Assembly: GCA_036172245.1 (NCBI GenBank)
Contig: JAYWIR010000009.1
Coordinates: 62,001 to 126,000 of the forward strand
Direction: 5' to 3'
DNA from: Raillietiella orientalis
Taxonomy: Eukaryota
DNA length: 64,000 nt
Of this stretch, positions 12,001-24,700 are shown piece by piece. The notes under the pieces were generated by a model. That model had not been told where the DNA came from. It saw nothing but the letters and a program-made list of their open reading frames with translations, and did no database searches. The translations under genes and the position numbers were made by a program. The number at the start of each line of letters is the position of its first letter. Position 1 is the stretch's first letter.

Positions 12001-13400
12001 TCACTTTGTCGCTACGGAAAAACAGGAAGGAAATAGAGTGAAAGGGAGAGAAGAAATCCAAAGAAGGCGTGGCGTCACCCCAGCCTTTTTCTTTTGACGA
12101 GAACGACGTCCATGCTTCCGGTGCCGCAGCTGAAATCGCGGCGCGACAAACGGAGGCTCTTTGGGAGCCTCCGCCTCCCGACCCAAGGGGCAACACTCGA
12201 GACGCTCTTCACCGTGTCGGTGGCATCCAAACTGGCTGCCGTATGCCTGGCACCGTGGTCTAAAAGGGTCACGTGGGGTTGGGGCGATGGCACTGCTTTG
12301 ACCTCACGTGTGTTGCAGCGCAGCCCGGAAGGCAGAGAGCCCCAAGCGAAAAAAGCGCGAAAGACTGCAGTCGATAAGGGAGTTGCAAGCGAATCGCAAA
12401 CGTGCGCCTGCGCAGCCTGGAGTTCCAGTGCTTGGAGATAGCCACGCAGCCGTGCGCTTCCAAAGGGCCGCAAGGAATGCAAACGCTTCCAGTAAAAATA
12501 TCCTGATAAGCTTGCCCAACCCGCGACAGAGCGCCAGCTAACAGGTTTGGATTTCTGACCCCTGAAAGTGACTTCCCAACGAATCCGCGGGGACGAGTGC
12601 GCAGCATTCGTGATTGGCTGCCCTTTCAGAAGGATCGCCAAGCGATGAAGCAGCACCCAGAGTGAGCAGCAGCGTTCCCATCTCGCACCATCTCTTTCGG
12701 GAGGAGGTTCGATGCGGGAGGCGCGTATCGGCGCCGCCTTGGGCCAACGCTGCTCATCCCAACATCATTTCCTTCGGCAGAGCGAGCGCGGAGACCGACA
12801 GTTTCTCCGAGAACGCCGCACGTGTGCATCAGTCGTCCCGAGATGGGAAACAGGATGCTGCTGCACCGTGGGACAAGTGACCGGGTGTTTCACCAGGTGG
12901 CGCCTTCCGCATTCGTGCCAGCAAGTCCACACTTCGGGTCACCAGCAGGAGGAAACCGGAAGAGCTGGTTCGACCGACGCACCTCCATCGATGCGAACGA
13001 GAGCAGCAAGATCGCGGCTGATGGACGACTCCCAGCTTCAACATCCCCAAGGAATCCCCATCGACGATCCGAGTTGATGGACTCGAGAGCTCGGACGAGT
13101 GCGCAATTCGCTATATGGGAGGAGGAGGATGGTATGTTGCGGTAGGACAGCATCCGGTCTGCTCGTGTACGACGTACACGCCGAAGAGAGAACTCTTATT
13201 TCCGCCTTTTTCCGTTCGAAGCTTTTCTGATGGCCTCCAGGTTTCGCGCTTTTTGCGCGGCCACGGGTGAAAGAAGAATACGGAACAGGTACAGCGCTTC
13301 CCGTATTGCACGTGGAGATAACCATCTTGCAGAGGGGAATAGCCGAAGTATTCCGATCTGCCCGAAAGTGACAAGTTGGACGGATTTTAAGCGGTACAGG
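9070..13400 (-). mobile_element. Heavily degenerate R2-like REL non-LTR retrotransposon (RT + CCHC + downstream region)
   Basis: RT remnants ASLDATDTVKSVS (~12.2 kb), GSMDVVLVKRK (~12.1 kb), DAFYRARRNG (~11.37 kb). CCHC-like KCGG..EAAHEILGHALKLKRKMQEMH (~10.5 kb). Downstream block homologous to 51.7-52.8 kb. Confidence 0.6.
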
Positions 13401-13449
13401 AACAAGGATCGAAGGTCCGCCAGCTTATCGAAAGGTGTGTGGAGAGAAC

Positions 13450-14864
13450 TTGGTCCGTTCTGAACTCCGTTTGCTGTTGACAGCCGAGGAAAAGGGGGAG
13501 AATGCAGTAACTGGCTGAAAGAGGAAGGATGACAGATGCGGATTCAACATCCCACATTGTTCTATGAACGAAACGAAAGCCTTGAACATTGAATGTATGG
13601 TACAATCACAATACGAATTCGAAACAGAAATCGAAAGAGCAAAGGAAAGCTTTGAAAGAAGAGCATGACGGGCTACAGAATCAAGATCCTGGAAAATGCA
13701 GCATCTCCATGAATACGTATTAAGGCATCATTCGCTTACAATTGACTGAAGCTACAGTTGTGGCGAAAGGAATTACAGAGCAACTGTGTTGTAAAAGGTT
13801 CCCATCCATGGGTAGGTTGAGCATAAGATTCCACCACGGACTTGCAGTTCATTTTGGAAGAGCATTTACACACAGCGGAATGCGTCAGAAAACCAAAGGA
13901 GGCATCAGTCCTCTCCATGAAGAGTTATCCGATTAAAAGAAGAGCTTCCTGATCGAGAATATGCTCAACTTTGGAAACGACTAGCTGCTAAAATGTGAAC
14001 CAAAGAGGAGATGAGAGCTCAGGAAGCTGCATGATTGCCCACTCGACAGCCTGAAGGGGGCGTGGAGTATTTCCTGCTGCACAAAGCTTCAAAACACTGA
14101 GACAAGACAAGACACTGAGAAACCAAGAAAAGAATGACCGAAAAGAATACAAAAAATGATCCCACTGAGAGGAAGAAACAAGACATCACTCAGAGATGGG
14201 AGAGTCGTACAAAACAAGGTGAACTGGAGATCATTTGTTCCGCCGATTCTGTATCGGAATCAATGATCATCAAGAAGCCGAAGGAAATTCGAAAACAGAT
14301 GATCATTCGATCACAGCATAAGGAGCTGCCTGAATGATCTGAATGCAGAAGCGGAAGGCTCCACTTCACTGTCCATTAGAGAATGAGATTCTCAACTTTT
14401 TAGAATGAGATGAGTTTCTACAGACGGAGGCGGAAAATAGGAAATACTGCGTTTTTTGAATAGAGAGAAATGAGTCTGGCATCGAGGCTGAGGAGAAGAC
14501 ATTAAAGTCTCCTAGAAGCCAGTGCGTTGTAATGGACCAGCAAAATGTCCAAACAGAGGACACAGCGTAATCTGATTCTTTATCAGACGGTATTAATACA
14601 GTCATTTCATCAACATTCAGTATATACACACACATATATATGTGTTTCTCTACATCAATACAATTTGATGCCAACAATATGCATGTGTCTTCCTTGTTTC
14701 TAAACTTTCTCTATGTATTCACGATAGATTAATGCGCATCACTCGTTAGATTACTAAAATCTAAGTTCAGAAATATCAATGCGAACACATGAATTGATAA
14801 GAATAAATATCAATCCTATAAGTATGAAAAACACGGACGTTAAAATGAATTTAAAACGAAGCAT
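13450..14864 (-). pseudogene. Decayed pepsin-like aspartic protease, copy B (5' half)
   Basis: Hydrophobic start MLRFKFILTSVFFILIGLIFILINSC at 14864. 14590-14725 is visibly homologous to 8940-9065. Remnants SQCFEALCSRKYSTPPS, TDASFGFLTHSAV (~FDGILGLAYPSI), SPWWNLM. Confidence 0.35.
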
Positions 14865-14899
14865 GTACTCATGTACTTAAAAAGCACAAGTACTACTTA

Positions 14900-15700
14900 A
14901 TGAGAATCTTTACAATATGCATCCGCACGCTTCCTCTCCTATATACGAACATGTGCACTTTGATTTCGTCTGAGCTTCCGGAACTTTCCATTTCGGCGCT
15001 CACGATTTTGAAACCATTCCTCATGGACCAAGTGGATCGATTTCCCACTCCAGCCAGGGCAGAAATCCATTCTTTGCAACCATAGCTGGGACATTAAGCG
15101 GACCAAGGAGATCGAGGACAGCAGCCACCAGAGGGCTGCGAGCGCATCAGCAAAGTTCGAGTGACCTTTCGCGTGAGAAATCCCGAGTGTCTCGCGATTC
15201 CCAGTCGGCTGGAATGTGCGATCATTGGAACACACATTCCGGCCGCCCTAATGAGAACGCGCAAGGGAAGAATTCCCTGAAGACCACATCTTGATCAAGG
15301 TAAGGAAACGCTGCACCACGGGTGCCATCCTAGTTGCAGTCATTCCGCAGCATCCGGAAATCACCTGCGGTTCGTCGACTGTCGTTTCATCTGTGCGGCA
15401 AGACCGAGTCGTTGCGACTCAGTCTTGCAACGTGGACCAGAGAGGAGGACAACGGCGAGATGGCGCGTGTCACAGCGATGGACTGTGGAATGAGACGCCG
15501 CATCACTTGGGGAACCACAGCACTAGAGGCTTTGCTCACCACGCTGACGATCACGGTGCCGTCGCAGCAATTTCATTGCAACGTCCCAACCAACACTGCG
15601 GAAGGAAGAGGATCTCTCAGCAAAGCAGCGCGTTGCCAGTGCAGATTCAAACTTACTCCCTCTCGAAAAGGATTCGAAATGAAGGTGGTCGGTAGAAGTT
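14900..15700 (-). mobile_element. Degenerate REL endonuclease-region fragment
   Basis: VHVARLS (~FIHxARLN) and DRTFQPTGNRETLGISHAKGHSNFADAL (~DVTxPFEN..L..A...K..KY..L). Confidence 0.4.
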
Positions 15701-15949
15701 GTTGGTAGCGGTGTGCCAGCGGCTGCGATCCAACTCGGGACTTCAGAGCCCGGATTGATGCGTTCGCAATCCATGGATGCGAGCGACAGGAAACCTGGAG
15801 GTTGCGCGACCCCAGAGAAACGGCATCGCTCCCCGCTGCGCTCTCGACCACAGCTCGTTGCACAACCCCCCAAGCGACATAAGGCAGAAAGCAGCAACTC
15901 TTGGAAAGTTCACATTCAAATTTATTTGAGCAAAAAAGTCCAGGTTAGG

Positions 15950-16200
15950 CCTGAGCCTCAGGGCGGCACCCTGAATGCGGGATGCACGGCCGGGATACGA
16001 TCACCGCGATGCGGAGCCATCTTCGCAAGGTGGCAGACTGCGGGACGAAATCCGCTCTCTTTGCTTTCCTCGATCTTCCTTGCCACCTCTCCCTCAATGG
16101 CGTCGCTCCGGATGCAGCTCGTCGCAACGAGCGCGTGGCGACGGGTGGGTGTCTCGCGAGACCTCCGACGGAATGGACCTCGAAGGGCGCATTAGCGAAA
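15950..16200 (+). mobile_element. Non-LTR RT thumb-region fragment
   Basis: DCGTKSALFAFLDLPCHLS.....GG resembles the D..I...L..WL.LP......GGLG motif. Confidence 0.3.
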
Positions 16201-16669
16201 TTCGCCGGAGGCAAACCCACTGCAAGGGTGGTTCCAGCGCTGCAGGAGCATCCTCCGTTCCTACCGCATCTTTCCATCCTACAACCGCTCCACAGCAAGG
16301 CACGCCCCAACACCCCAAGCAGTTTACAGCCTGAGGGGAAAAACACACCGATTCTCTGGGGTGTTCGCAACCCACGGCCTCGAAAGCCGACCCCAGCCCC
16401 CCAACCCACGCGCACCACTCGCCTAACGTAGGAATCGCCGGACTCATCTCCACAACCTCAAGACAAATCCGCAGCTTCCACCAACAAGGTGACATTTTCG
16501 TGCTGTAGGTCCAACCATCTGTGAACGAAATGGGACGGTAAGAATGTACTCCGCAAAGATGGGGGAAAGAAGGAGGTTTGCCAAATACAGGGAGAGGGGG
16601 AATGGGGAACAACTCAAAAATCGGCAGCAAAAAGAAAGCATCATGCAAATACAAAGCACAGGCGCCACC

Positions 16670-18120
16670 ATTTTTGCTTACTTTTCATGTTACGATTTTT
16701 AGTTTCCTTTTCTGCATTTTCTTTTCTTTATTTTTTCCATTTCTCTTTTTTATCGCTTTCCATTTTACCCTCTTTTCTAAGCTTTTCGTTTTTTTTTTTT
16801 TCAATTGCATCATTCTCTTTCATTATTTTGTTTTCCTTCGTTTTCCCCCCATCTTGATTTCCCCTATTCTTTGTTTTTCTCTTATTCTTTTCTTTCTTTC
16901 CCATTTTTCACTAATTTGACTTCTTTACCTTTCTTTTTTCCTTTCTCCCTTTTTTCTTCTTCCTTCCCTTTTCCTTTCATTTCTTCTTTTCTCCTTTTTT
17001 AGATTTTCTTCCTACTCTTGTTCTTTCTTCATTTTTACCATTTTAATGTATTTTCTTTTATTTTCTTAATTCCTTCGATATGATTTGTCCATTTCTATTC
17101 ATTTCCTTTTATCTTTTTATTTCAACTTTCTCCTTTTTTTTTTTTTTCCTTTCACTTCCGACTGTTATCTTCTTTCTTTTTGCTGCTCTGTCTTCTTAGT
17201 GTTCTTTTTGTTTTCTCCTTTTTTTGTATCTTTTCGTTTCTTCTTTGCTCCATTCTGCTGCTGATGTTCTTTTTTTTTTTTTCTCCATCTTTTCCTTTTT
17301 TATGTAGTTTTCATCTTCTTTACTTTCTCCTTTCTCCCCTTTGTTCCTTATTTTTGTAGTTTTCGTCCTTTTTTGTTTCTCCGTTCTCCTATAATGTTCC
17401 TTATTTTTGTAGTTTTCATCTTCTTTTGTCTGTCTTGGTTTCTTGTTTTTTGGCTTCCTTGTCCTGGTAGTGTTCTTTTTTTTGTTTTCACGTTTTTTTG
17501 GTCTCTTTTCTCTTTCTTTTTCTTCTCTTTTCTGTGCTAATGTTCTTTATTTTTATAATTTTCTTGTTATTTTCTTTCTCTTGGTTTCTTGTTTTATTTT
17601 CCTGTTCATCTTTTGTTCACCATTTTCTGTTCTGATTTGCTTTTCTGTTTTTTCTCTCATTTCTGTCTTTTGTATCTTCTTTTTCTACCTTTTTATTTTT
17701 CTCTGCTTTCTCTTCTTAGTTAATAGGAAGAGTAATGGCCTTTTTTTTAGTGACCTTCTTGTTCTTGTTTTTTTCTCTCCTTTCTATTCTGTTTTCACAT
17801 CTCTGAGTTCTCTCCTTAGTTTCTTGGTTTTTTTTTTTCTTGGTTTTTCCTCTTTCCTTGCACCTTTTTTCCTTTCCTCTTTTGTCCATTTCTTTGTTCC
17901 GTTTTTGTCCTCCCTTTTTCCTTCCTTTTTTCCTTTTTTCTCTGAGTCTGTTTTTTTTCTGTTTTCCTCTTTTGTTTGTTGTTTTCAATTATGTCGTCCC
18001 TATTGTCTTCTTTTCCTTCCCTTCTTTTCTTTTCTCTCCTTTCCTCCTTTGTTCTTCTTGGGAATGTTTTCTCTTTCCTTTTTGATTCATTTCCTTCCTT
18101 CCTTGCTTTTTTCTTCCTCC
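16670..18120. repeat. ~1.45 kb pyrimidine-rich low-complexity tract (purine-rich, K/E/R-coding on minus strand)
   Basis: Almost entirely T/C on the + strand. Internal imperfect repeats TTATTTTTGTAGTTTTC(A/G)TC at ~17300, ~17348 and ~17401. Confidence 0.9.
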
Positions 18121-19199
18121 GCAGACCTCCAGAAATGGCACGACAAGAACTTCAGCATTCCGAGGACCAGAAAAAGCCTCCGTGGCGCACGAAGCGCTCG
18201 CAGTGGCACCGAGAGAAAGCGACACAGCTCGAGTGACGTCACCACCACTGCTCATGACGAAAGGGACAGAAGTCACTCACGCCGACAGAAGGAGACGAAC
18301 GCAAGGGTGGCGCCAGGGGACGCGGTGCCTCCCCGGCGGTAGGATAGCAGCGCCGCCCGCAAGGTCCTCCCTGCACAGGTGGGCGGGACGGAATTCGCTC
18401 GCGCCCTAGCGAAATCCCATCGCATCAAGGGGTCGATGCCGACGATTCACGGCCCTCGGTTCCCGGGACAGCCCGCGAGCCGAGGCGACCCCGGTGGCTA
18501 CGGGGGAATGGCCAGGGGCTACTCGACTGCAAGGACTCCGCGTTACCTGGACTCTGGGCACACAAATCGCGCATCTTCCGGAAACGAAGCCGCACTCGCG
18601 CGTGCAACCATTCACACGTGTTCTCATTCACGCGTGCAACCGTGGATACCCATTCGCTCAAGTACGAGGAGAAGTTTTCCTGAAAACACAGGCGGCCTCC
18701 TTTCAGGAGGCCCGCCGGGCGGAGCGAACACTCCCTTTAGAAGGCCTGATACCCCACTGCCGGGGGGAACAGTGGGGCGCGGAAGAGTAGGACGCATCTG
18801 CAATGCCAGGAAGACGTCCCCGCGTTCTGAGACGCCAGGAAAGCAAAGGGGGAGGGGAGAAGCTGCTGTTCGGGTGACGTCATCCTAGCTGTCAACGGAA
18901 GCCATGCGCAGTTGCAGCGGTTGGATTGCAACGGGAATCCTGGACTGCGGTGTTCGACTCCACATTTGGGTTCCCTTTCCGCTTGCCTGACTTGTGAGCC
19001 ACGCCTGTTGGTCGCATGTGGGCTTCGGGAAACCTTCCTGTTCCTGGTCTGCCTATTCAAGGGGCTGATTGCGACGTCGGAATCGCTATCCACGCAGCCA
19101 CCTCGCAGAGCCAATGCCTGCTGCCAGAAGTGTTCGTGAGGGGCAGATATCCAGGGGACCTCGGTTGGCCAGGATGGCCACTTTGTTTCGTGCTGTAAG

Positions 19200-20880
19200 C
19201 GAAAAGCATAGGAAGAAATATAAGAAATAAGGACAGGATGGAAGGGAGAAAGAATGTTTTAGGGATGGCAGGGTTATGGGAAATGGAGCAAAGTGTAGTA
19301 CTGCGTCGCTTGTTCTTCTTTTATCGGATAGGTCGTGCAGCGCACCGAGGATGGTATCTGCGATTCCTGGACCAAAGGACGAATGGAGGGGGTGGAGCTA
19401 CCGAGGCGAGGGACGGCTACGGATCACCTCCTGATGTCCTGGCGAGGGAATCCGGTGCTCCTGGAAGAGATGGTTGCCAGCGGGAGGGAGCGGTTCGGCC
19501 TTCGCGTTCGAGCGGCCGCATGCCGTTTGTTCCGCGTGCTCGCCAACGGCCTTTCCGCTTTTTCCTCTCAATCGGTTTTCGGCCGATCTGCGAGCGCTTT
19601 CGTGGAGGTCGAGCTTCTCGTCGGCGTGAATGGGCAGAGTGTGGTCGGCTTTCGCCCGGCGCCGGCCCTTCAGCTCGCGCGATAGGCGGCTTAACGACGG
19701 CTGCCCCTGGGATGCCGGTCTCGCTGCTAAGCAGCTCATGTGGGCGGCGGACGTGCTTGTGGGGAACACGGGTCATACCCTGAGTCGGGATGCGGTGCTC
19801 CTGGGGACGACGGATGGTTGTTTCCTCCTGGGGACTTGTTCCATCCGTGGAAGCAGCTGACCTTTCGACTGCAGCATGGGTGTCCACCTGGGCGCGCGAG
19901 TTGGGGAGGCGGCGGCGTTCCGCTGTTCCTTTTGCGTTGCCTGGAGCAGCTCATCTCCTCCAGGCCCGAATCCCACCACGTTCCATCCCATCTTCCCCAT
20001 TCGTGGATCCAAGGACACGTTCCGACGCAAGCGTTCCGGAGGCGGAGAAATGACTCGAAACGAGAAGGTCGGCGCCGATGCTTAAAGATTGCGTGACTCC
20101 CCTGGAAAAAACGCGCACGCGAAACGGCGATTTCTCATCGAAAAGGGAAAAAAGGAAAACGCGGAATTCAGTTTGCTGAGCGCACCGGCTTGAAGACATG
20201 GAGATTTACCGCGCAACACCGCGTCCTGGTTTCCTCGGGCGCGATTCCGCGTCGCTCACCTTGCACGCTCCCGTGCCTGAAATGGTGTTAGCTCTCGGCT
20301 CCCGTGCGTTCCACGTGTTGTCGGGACAGCTCCCTCTTCTCCTTGGTCCACGCCCAGCAGCAGCAGTTCTACCGCGTATGTCCATTCCGCGTCTCCGGCG
20401 ACGTTCGTGCTGGCGCCGGCGGCGGCCTGTTGCGGGAGCACTGGTATCGCCGATGCTTCCTACCGCTACCCACCCCAGCCACGTTGGGGTGGGTGCGGCC
20501 CCCGCGCCTCGAAAGGCACGTCCGCTCCTCTTGACTATCTTGGGGGGGATGAGAGAGAAGAATCGCCGGATAATCCGTTTCCATGGATGTCGAATTCTTG
20601 GCCCGCCCCACCCGCGCATGCTGGAGGTTACGATTGTTACCTTGCCGGTCAGAAGAACACGAAGGAGTGTCACCCGTGGCAACCGCCTTCCGCAGCTTCG
20701 AAGCAGGAATGGCCTGAGACGGTCGTTCCTTCCTCGCTCCCGTGGACCGTTAGCCCGGGTTTCTCGCCTGCGCGGGAACGTGCGGGCGCGTCTATCCATC
20801 CCGACAGGGTCGCGTCTTCGCGGCGGCCCTTACCTTGTTCTCTCCCACTTGACGAGGACTAGGGGCTCAAGAAAACACAT
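19200..20880 (-). mobile_element. 3' portion (downstream ORF + 3' UTR) of the same REL retrotransposon family
   Basis: GWNVVGFGPGGDELL...PTRAPR...LL...SVVP aligns with GWEFSCTIAGKTKLL...TPRAM...LLSVVP at ~52.2 kb. A pyrimidine-rich UTR follows on the minus strand. Confidence 0.55.
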
Positions 20881-21199
20881 GTAACTTCCAGACGAACAGA
20901 AAAACGGGTAATGGGACCGGAGATTGCATGCGTCTATCTAGGGAAATTCCAGTTCTAGTTATGGTGCAGCTGATCAAGCCTTCACTTGGAATGCGTCACT
21001 TTTGTGGGTAAATTTGCCAGTGAGTTCATCGCAAGATGGCAGCTATTGTGTGAATATGGAGTTCCCATTGTATACAGAGTTTTTTGAAGTTGATCAGAGC
21101 TGCCACACTGTATTGGTCCATATGAGTTTGAGGAAATGGAGAACGATTTTCAGCACGCTTATCTTCATGACATGCCTTTGCGGCATAGGCTTTAGAGGA

Positions 21200-24100
21200 A
21201 CCCGCTAATTTCTTTTAGGAACATTACGCATACACCATGTGTTTCCTCATTTGCATTTTGGAAGCTGTCCGCAAGTTGGAGGTGTTGCATAAAGGTTTGC
21301 AGTTGATGCACATCAAATGAAGAAAAATCTCAATGAGAAGCGTGCGTTTCCAGATGCACAATACCGGTAGGGTGTTTCGAAATGGGTGAAAAATCTGAAT
21401 ACTAGAAGGACACAACCATGGCGTCTGGAAAAGAATCAAACATTTTGAGTGGAAATCTTCTCGGTAAACACGGAAGAAGTCTCTTCAGGATTCAAGATCT
21501 TCAATTAACATCAAAATTAGCAGAGTTCCTTTTCATGACTTTGCCACACACTCCGTGTGTTCGTGGCATATTCGATGTTTTCGTAAAGTTGCTTTGATCA
21601 AACAGCAAGAAACTTATCTTGCTCGTGCCTGCCTATGCATGTGGAGAAATCAGTAGTATACGGAACAGATTGCTTTCTGGAGGTGCTTCCTTTCCTCAAC
21701 AGTGTCCAGCTTGGCCGCCAGCTCCCACATTCATTGATGTGCAGTGTTATTTGATTTCGAAAATTAGAAAATTGGATCAAAGTTTTCTCACCTAAAGATC
21801 TTGTAAAGAATATTTCCGTGCTGTGGGTCCCTGCAAAAGATGGGCACTGATCGTGCTGATTTTCCATATTCCATCCAAAGTGTTCTGAGAAAGAGAACTT
21901 CCCGTCATGGAGTATGAGGACAGCACAGCATGGGATGCGCGTAACATTTGCATGCCGGGGTCTCATTGACACACCGCATGTAGAAAACACCAGGGAGCAA
22001 CTTTCCTGCGTATCCCTTTCCACGGAAAGGATGAAGCATTCCGTTTCTGGCATCGCGATACATTCCGCAAAACCACAAGAGGTAATCCGTGCGGCACCCC
22101 TGCAATTAGGAAGCACCTCTTTTTGCTGATTTTTCCGATTCCCTCCGAATACTCTTTCTTTTTTGTTCCTCCTGAGACAAAAAAAAGAAATGGTTTTCCC
22201 GCAAAAAGGGACGATGGAATGACTGAAAAATTTCCATACACGTTTCTCGAGGAAATCCTTTACGTTTGCAGTGCGTTCGCTCTCTCCGGGGGCTCCAGTA
22301 CAAGAAAAGTCCCTTACATGGGTCAACAGGAATGCAAAGCATTTGCAACATTCCCAGCCCATCCAATGTCTGCAACATCTGCACAAGGGTGCACCACTCC
22401 GTTTTTTTTGCAAACTCTGTTGATGTATGCAAGCTGGGAAATTTGTGACAGGATAGCAAAAGACAAGACAGCATTTTCAGAAACTTTATTCCTTCCTTCC
22501 CATCGTCCCAGACACTGTGCAACCTGCTCCTCCGTCATATATGCCTGGAGGCTTCACTGGTTTTCCGCCAGCGAAGATAGGCAGTGAGCCTAGCAAGCGG
22601 CCATGAAACCACTCTGAAATGCTGCTTGTGCCTCCTCCTTGCAGTTTGTCCGACCCTTCTGGTTTCGTTCCTTGGTTCCTTCTCGATGAGGACAGGACCA
22701 CATCTTCCACCATTTTCTTCTGCACGCAAAATGGGAAGCAAGCCGTACTTCTTCGTGATCCGACCTTTTCGTTTAGGGCCTTGCTTTCTTCAGCATCTTT
22801 ATGTCCTTCCTTAAAAGCACTGGTTCCTGCAGCTCCTTGCTAGCAACTCATACCCGCCTTGGTTTGCAGTCAAAAAGTGCGATGGGTTTGACCTATTCTG
22901 ACTTTTGGGAGGTTCGCCTCCATGAAACGCAGCGGCATTTCAGCTCAGCAGAATTCAAGGATAGAAGTGGCTCAACCTGAAAAACGTGTACAAACCATTG
23001 ATTACTATTTGTGAACACATCTGCATCACACAGTTTAACAAGTTCTTGAAAACGTTGCATCCATCCTACTGCTGCTTGGCTTTCCTTGTGGATACGCTTT
23101 GCTGCCCAACTTTCTATTCAAGTTGATGATACCGAAACACTTCGGAAATTCCTTTGGGGTACGATAGTGTGTGTTTCGAATGCACAAAAAATCAGAATCG
23201 CTTTGGGATTCCGAAGCGAATCCCGAGTTCCGGATTCACAGGGATACGAGTCACTTCCGGATTGGTTTCCGTATCCCGTAGGAGGTTCCCCATTCACAAG
23301 CAATGCAAGCAAGTGTTTTCGGAATGGATTGCAGAGCGGTACGATACTTCGGGTTGCGATTCTCTCGACGAAGTCCGCGGGTTAACCGACTACACTTCAG
23401 CACAGCTTCCTTCGTGAGAACAAATGTCAGTTGCTACGCCTCACCTTCGACGACTGCAGCAGCGCTGGTAAGTTGGAGCGCTGAAGGTGGCAGCGTTGAC
23501 ATGCACATAACGAAACACCCTCCTTGCACCCATCACGACCTATCTCTGCCTGCCTCAGTCCCATCGGCAGATACGGCCGCATTCTTTGCCGATTCGAAGC
23601 GGAGCGGAGTAGGATTTTCCCTATTTCAGAGTTGGTTTACTGTTGTTCTCCAGGCTTCTGGAACTCGACGAAATGTGAAGCATTTTGGTGAGCAGCTCCT
23701 TCTCTGTATCTATACTTCTTCCAGCATCCATCTTCTGCAGAGGAGAGGTCTTCGGCACTCTACAGTATCTCCACTTCGTCCTCTTGAGTAACTGGAGATA
23801 GGTGTTTTGGAGATGCTGCTACCCTTCTCCTCAGAGGTACCTTCTAGGAAAGCTCTCTGTCGGATGTGTGTTCCACCTGCGAACTTCTTTTCCAAGTGCT
23901 CTTCTACCATCTCAACCACCAACTTCCAAGTTTGGTCCTACTGACCTCGAATCGCTCGAACTGCTCTTCTTCTTTTCATATTGTGCAATTTCTGGATTGA
24001 GGATTTGTCGTTCGGATCAATCCTTGCCTTCTTTCCTTTCATTTTTCCTGTTCTTACTTTGAGTATTTCTTGAATGTTCCTTTTGCTACGCTGATTTTCC

Positions 24101-24700
24101 TCCTCTTTCGCCTCATGCAGGTCCTCCTAACGAGGCGTGACCCCATTTAGCATCCTCTGAAGATGGATTGTCCCTTTCCTGAACTTGAAAGAATAGTTCC
24201 GTTTCCATATCCATTTTCCTTTTTCTACCTCTGGGTTCCTCTATGCTTTGTATTGCTCCGATTTCGCTCACGGCGTCCAGTGGTTGTTCTCTTTCTCTCT
24301 CCTCACCAGCCGTGTCTGGGTGATGACCACCCACAGGGAACGCGGAATCACGCCACTCTTTGCAGTCGATGTAAGTAGGCTGTAGTTGCTCATTTACCGT
24401 GTCTTCCTTTAGTTGATCTTCAATCCGAAGGTTTATAATTGCTTCTAGATCGCCAAAACATCCTCCTTACTCTCTTTTCTTTATTAGGAGCACCTTGCGT
24501 ACTATTGCTGCTAACGTGGTTGATTTCCTCTCCTCTTCCTTCTTCTCCGCTGCTTCTTGGGTATTTTTTCTTTGGATTCCTTTTCAAAGTATCCATGCAC
24601 GGGACGTCCACGGACGCCATGTTCTGTTTGTTGTCAGGTTGCAGCCTCTCAGCTCATTCATAGTAGCTGGGTGTACGCGGTGCTCCAGTCATATCTATTC
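21200..24700 (-). mobile_element. Degenerate non-LTR retrotransposon (RT core ~21.8-22.9 kb)
   Basis: Collinear RT remnants VLIEK, WAGNVANALHSC (~WLDLxNAFGSV), GVPHGLPL (~GVxQGCPL), CYAHPM (~AYADD), GWNMENQHDQC (~GL..N..KC). K/E-rich linker at 23.9-24.6 kb. Confidence 0.55.

Noticed and set aside
14500..14525. LLGDFN as an APE-endonuclease motif
   Set aside because: No other APE motifs or linked RT; the region is homologous to the putative protease block at 8.9-9.1 kb.
17443..18342. 299-aa F/L/S-rich ORF that looks like a membrane protein
   Set aside because: Artefact of the T/C-rich tract, where stop codons are rare; no real protein signature.
18700..18712. Histone 3' stem-loop look-alike (GGCCTCCTTTCAGGAGGCC)
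   Set aside because: Stem and loop sizes (8 bp/3 nt) differ from the 6 bp/4 nt consensus, and no histone ORF lies upstream.
19289..19327. U2 snRNA-like CAAAGTGTAGTA..TGTTCTT (Utopia target)
   Set aside because: Only a 12-nt exact match with no U2 5' stem or Sm site; it lies inside an element's UTR and is likely chance.
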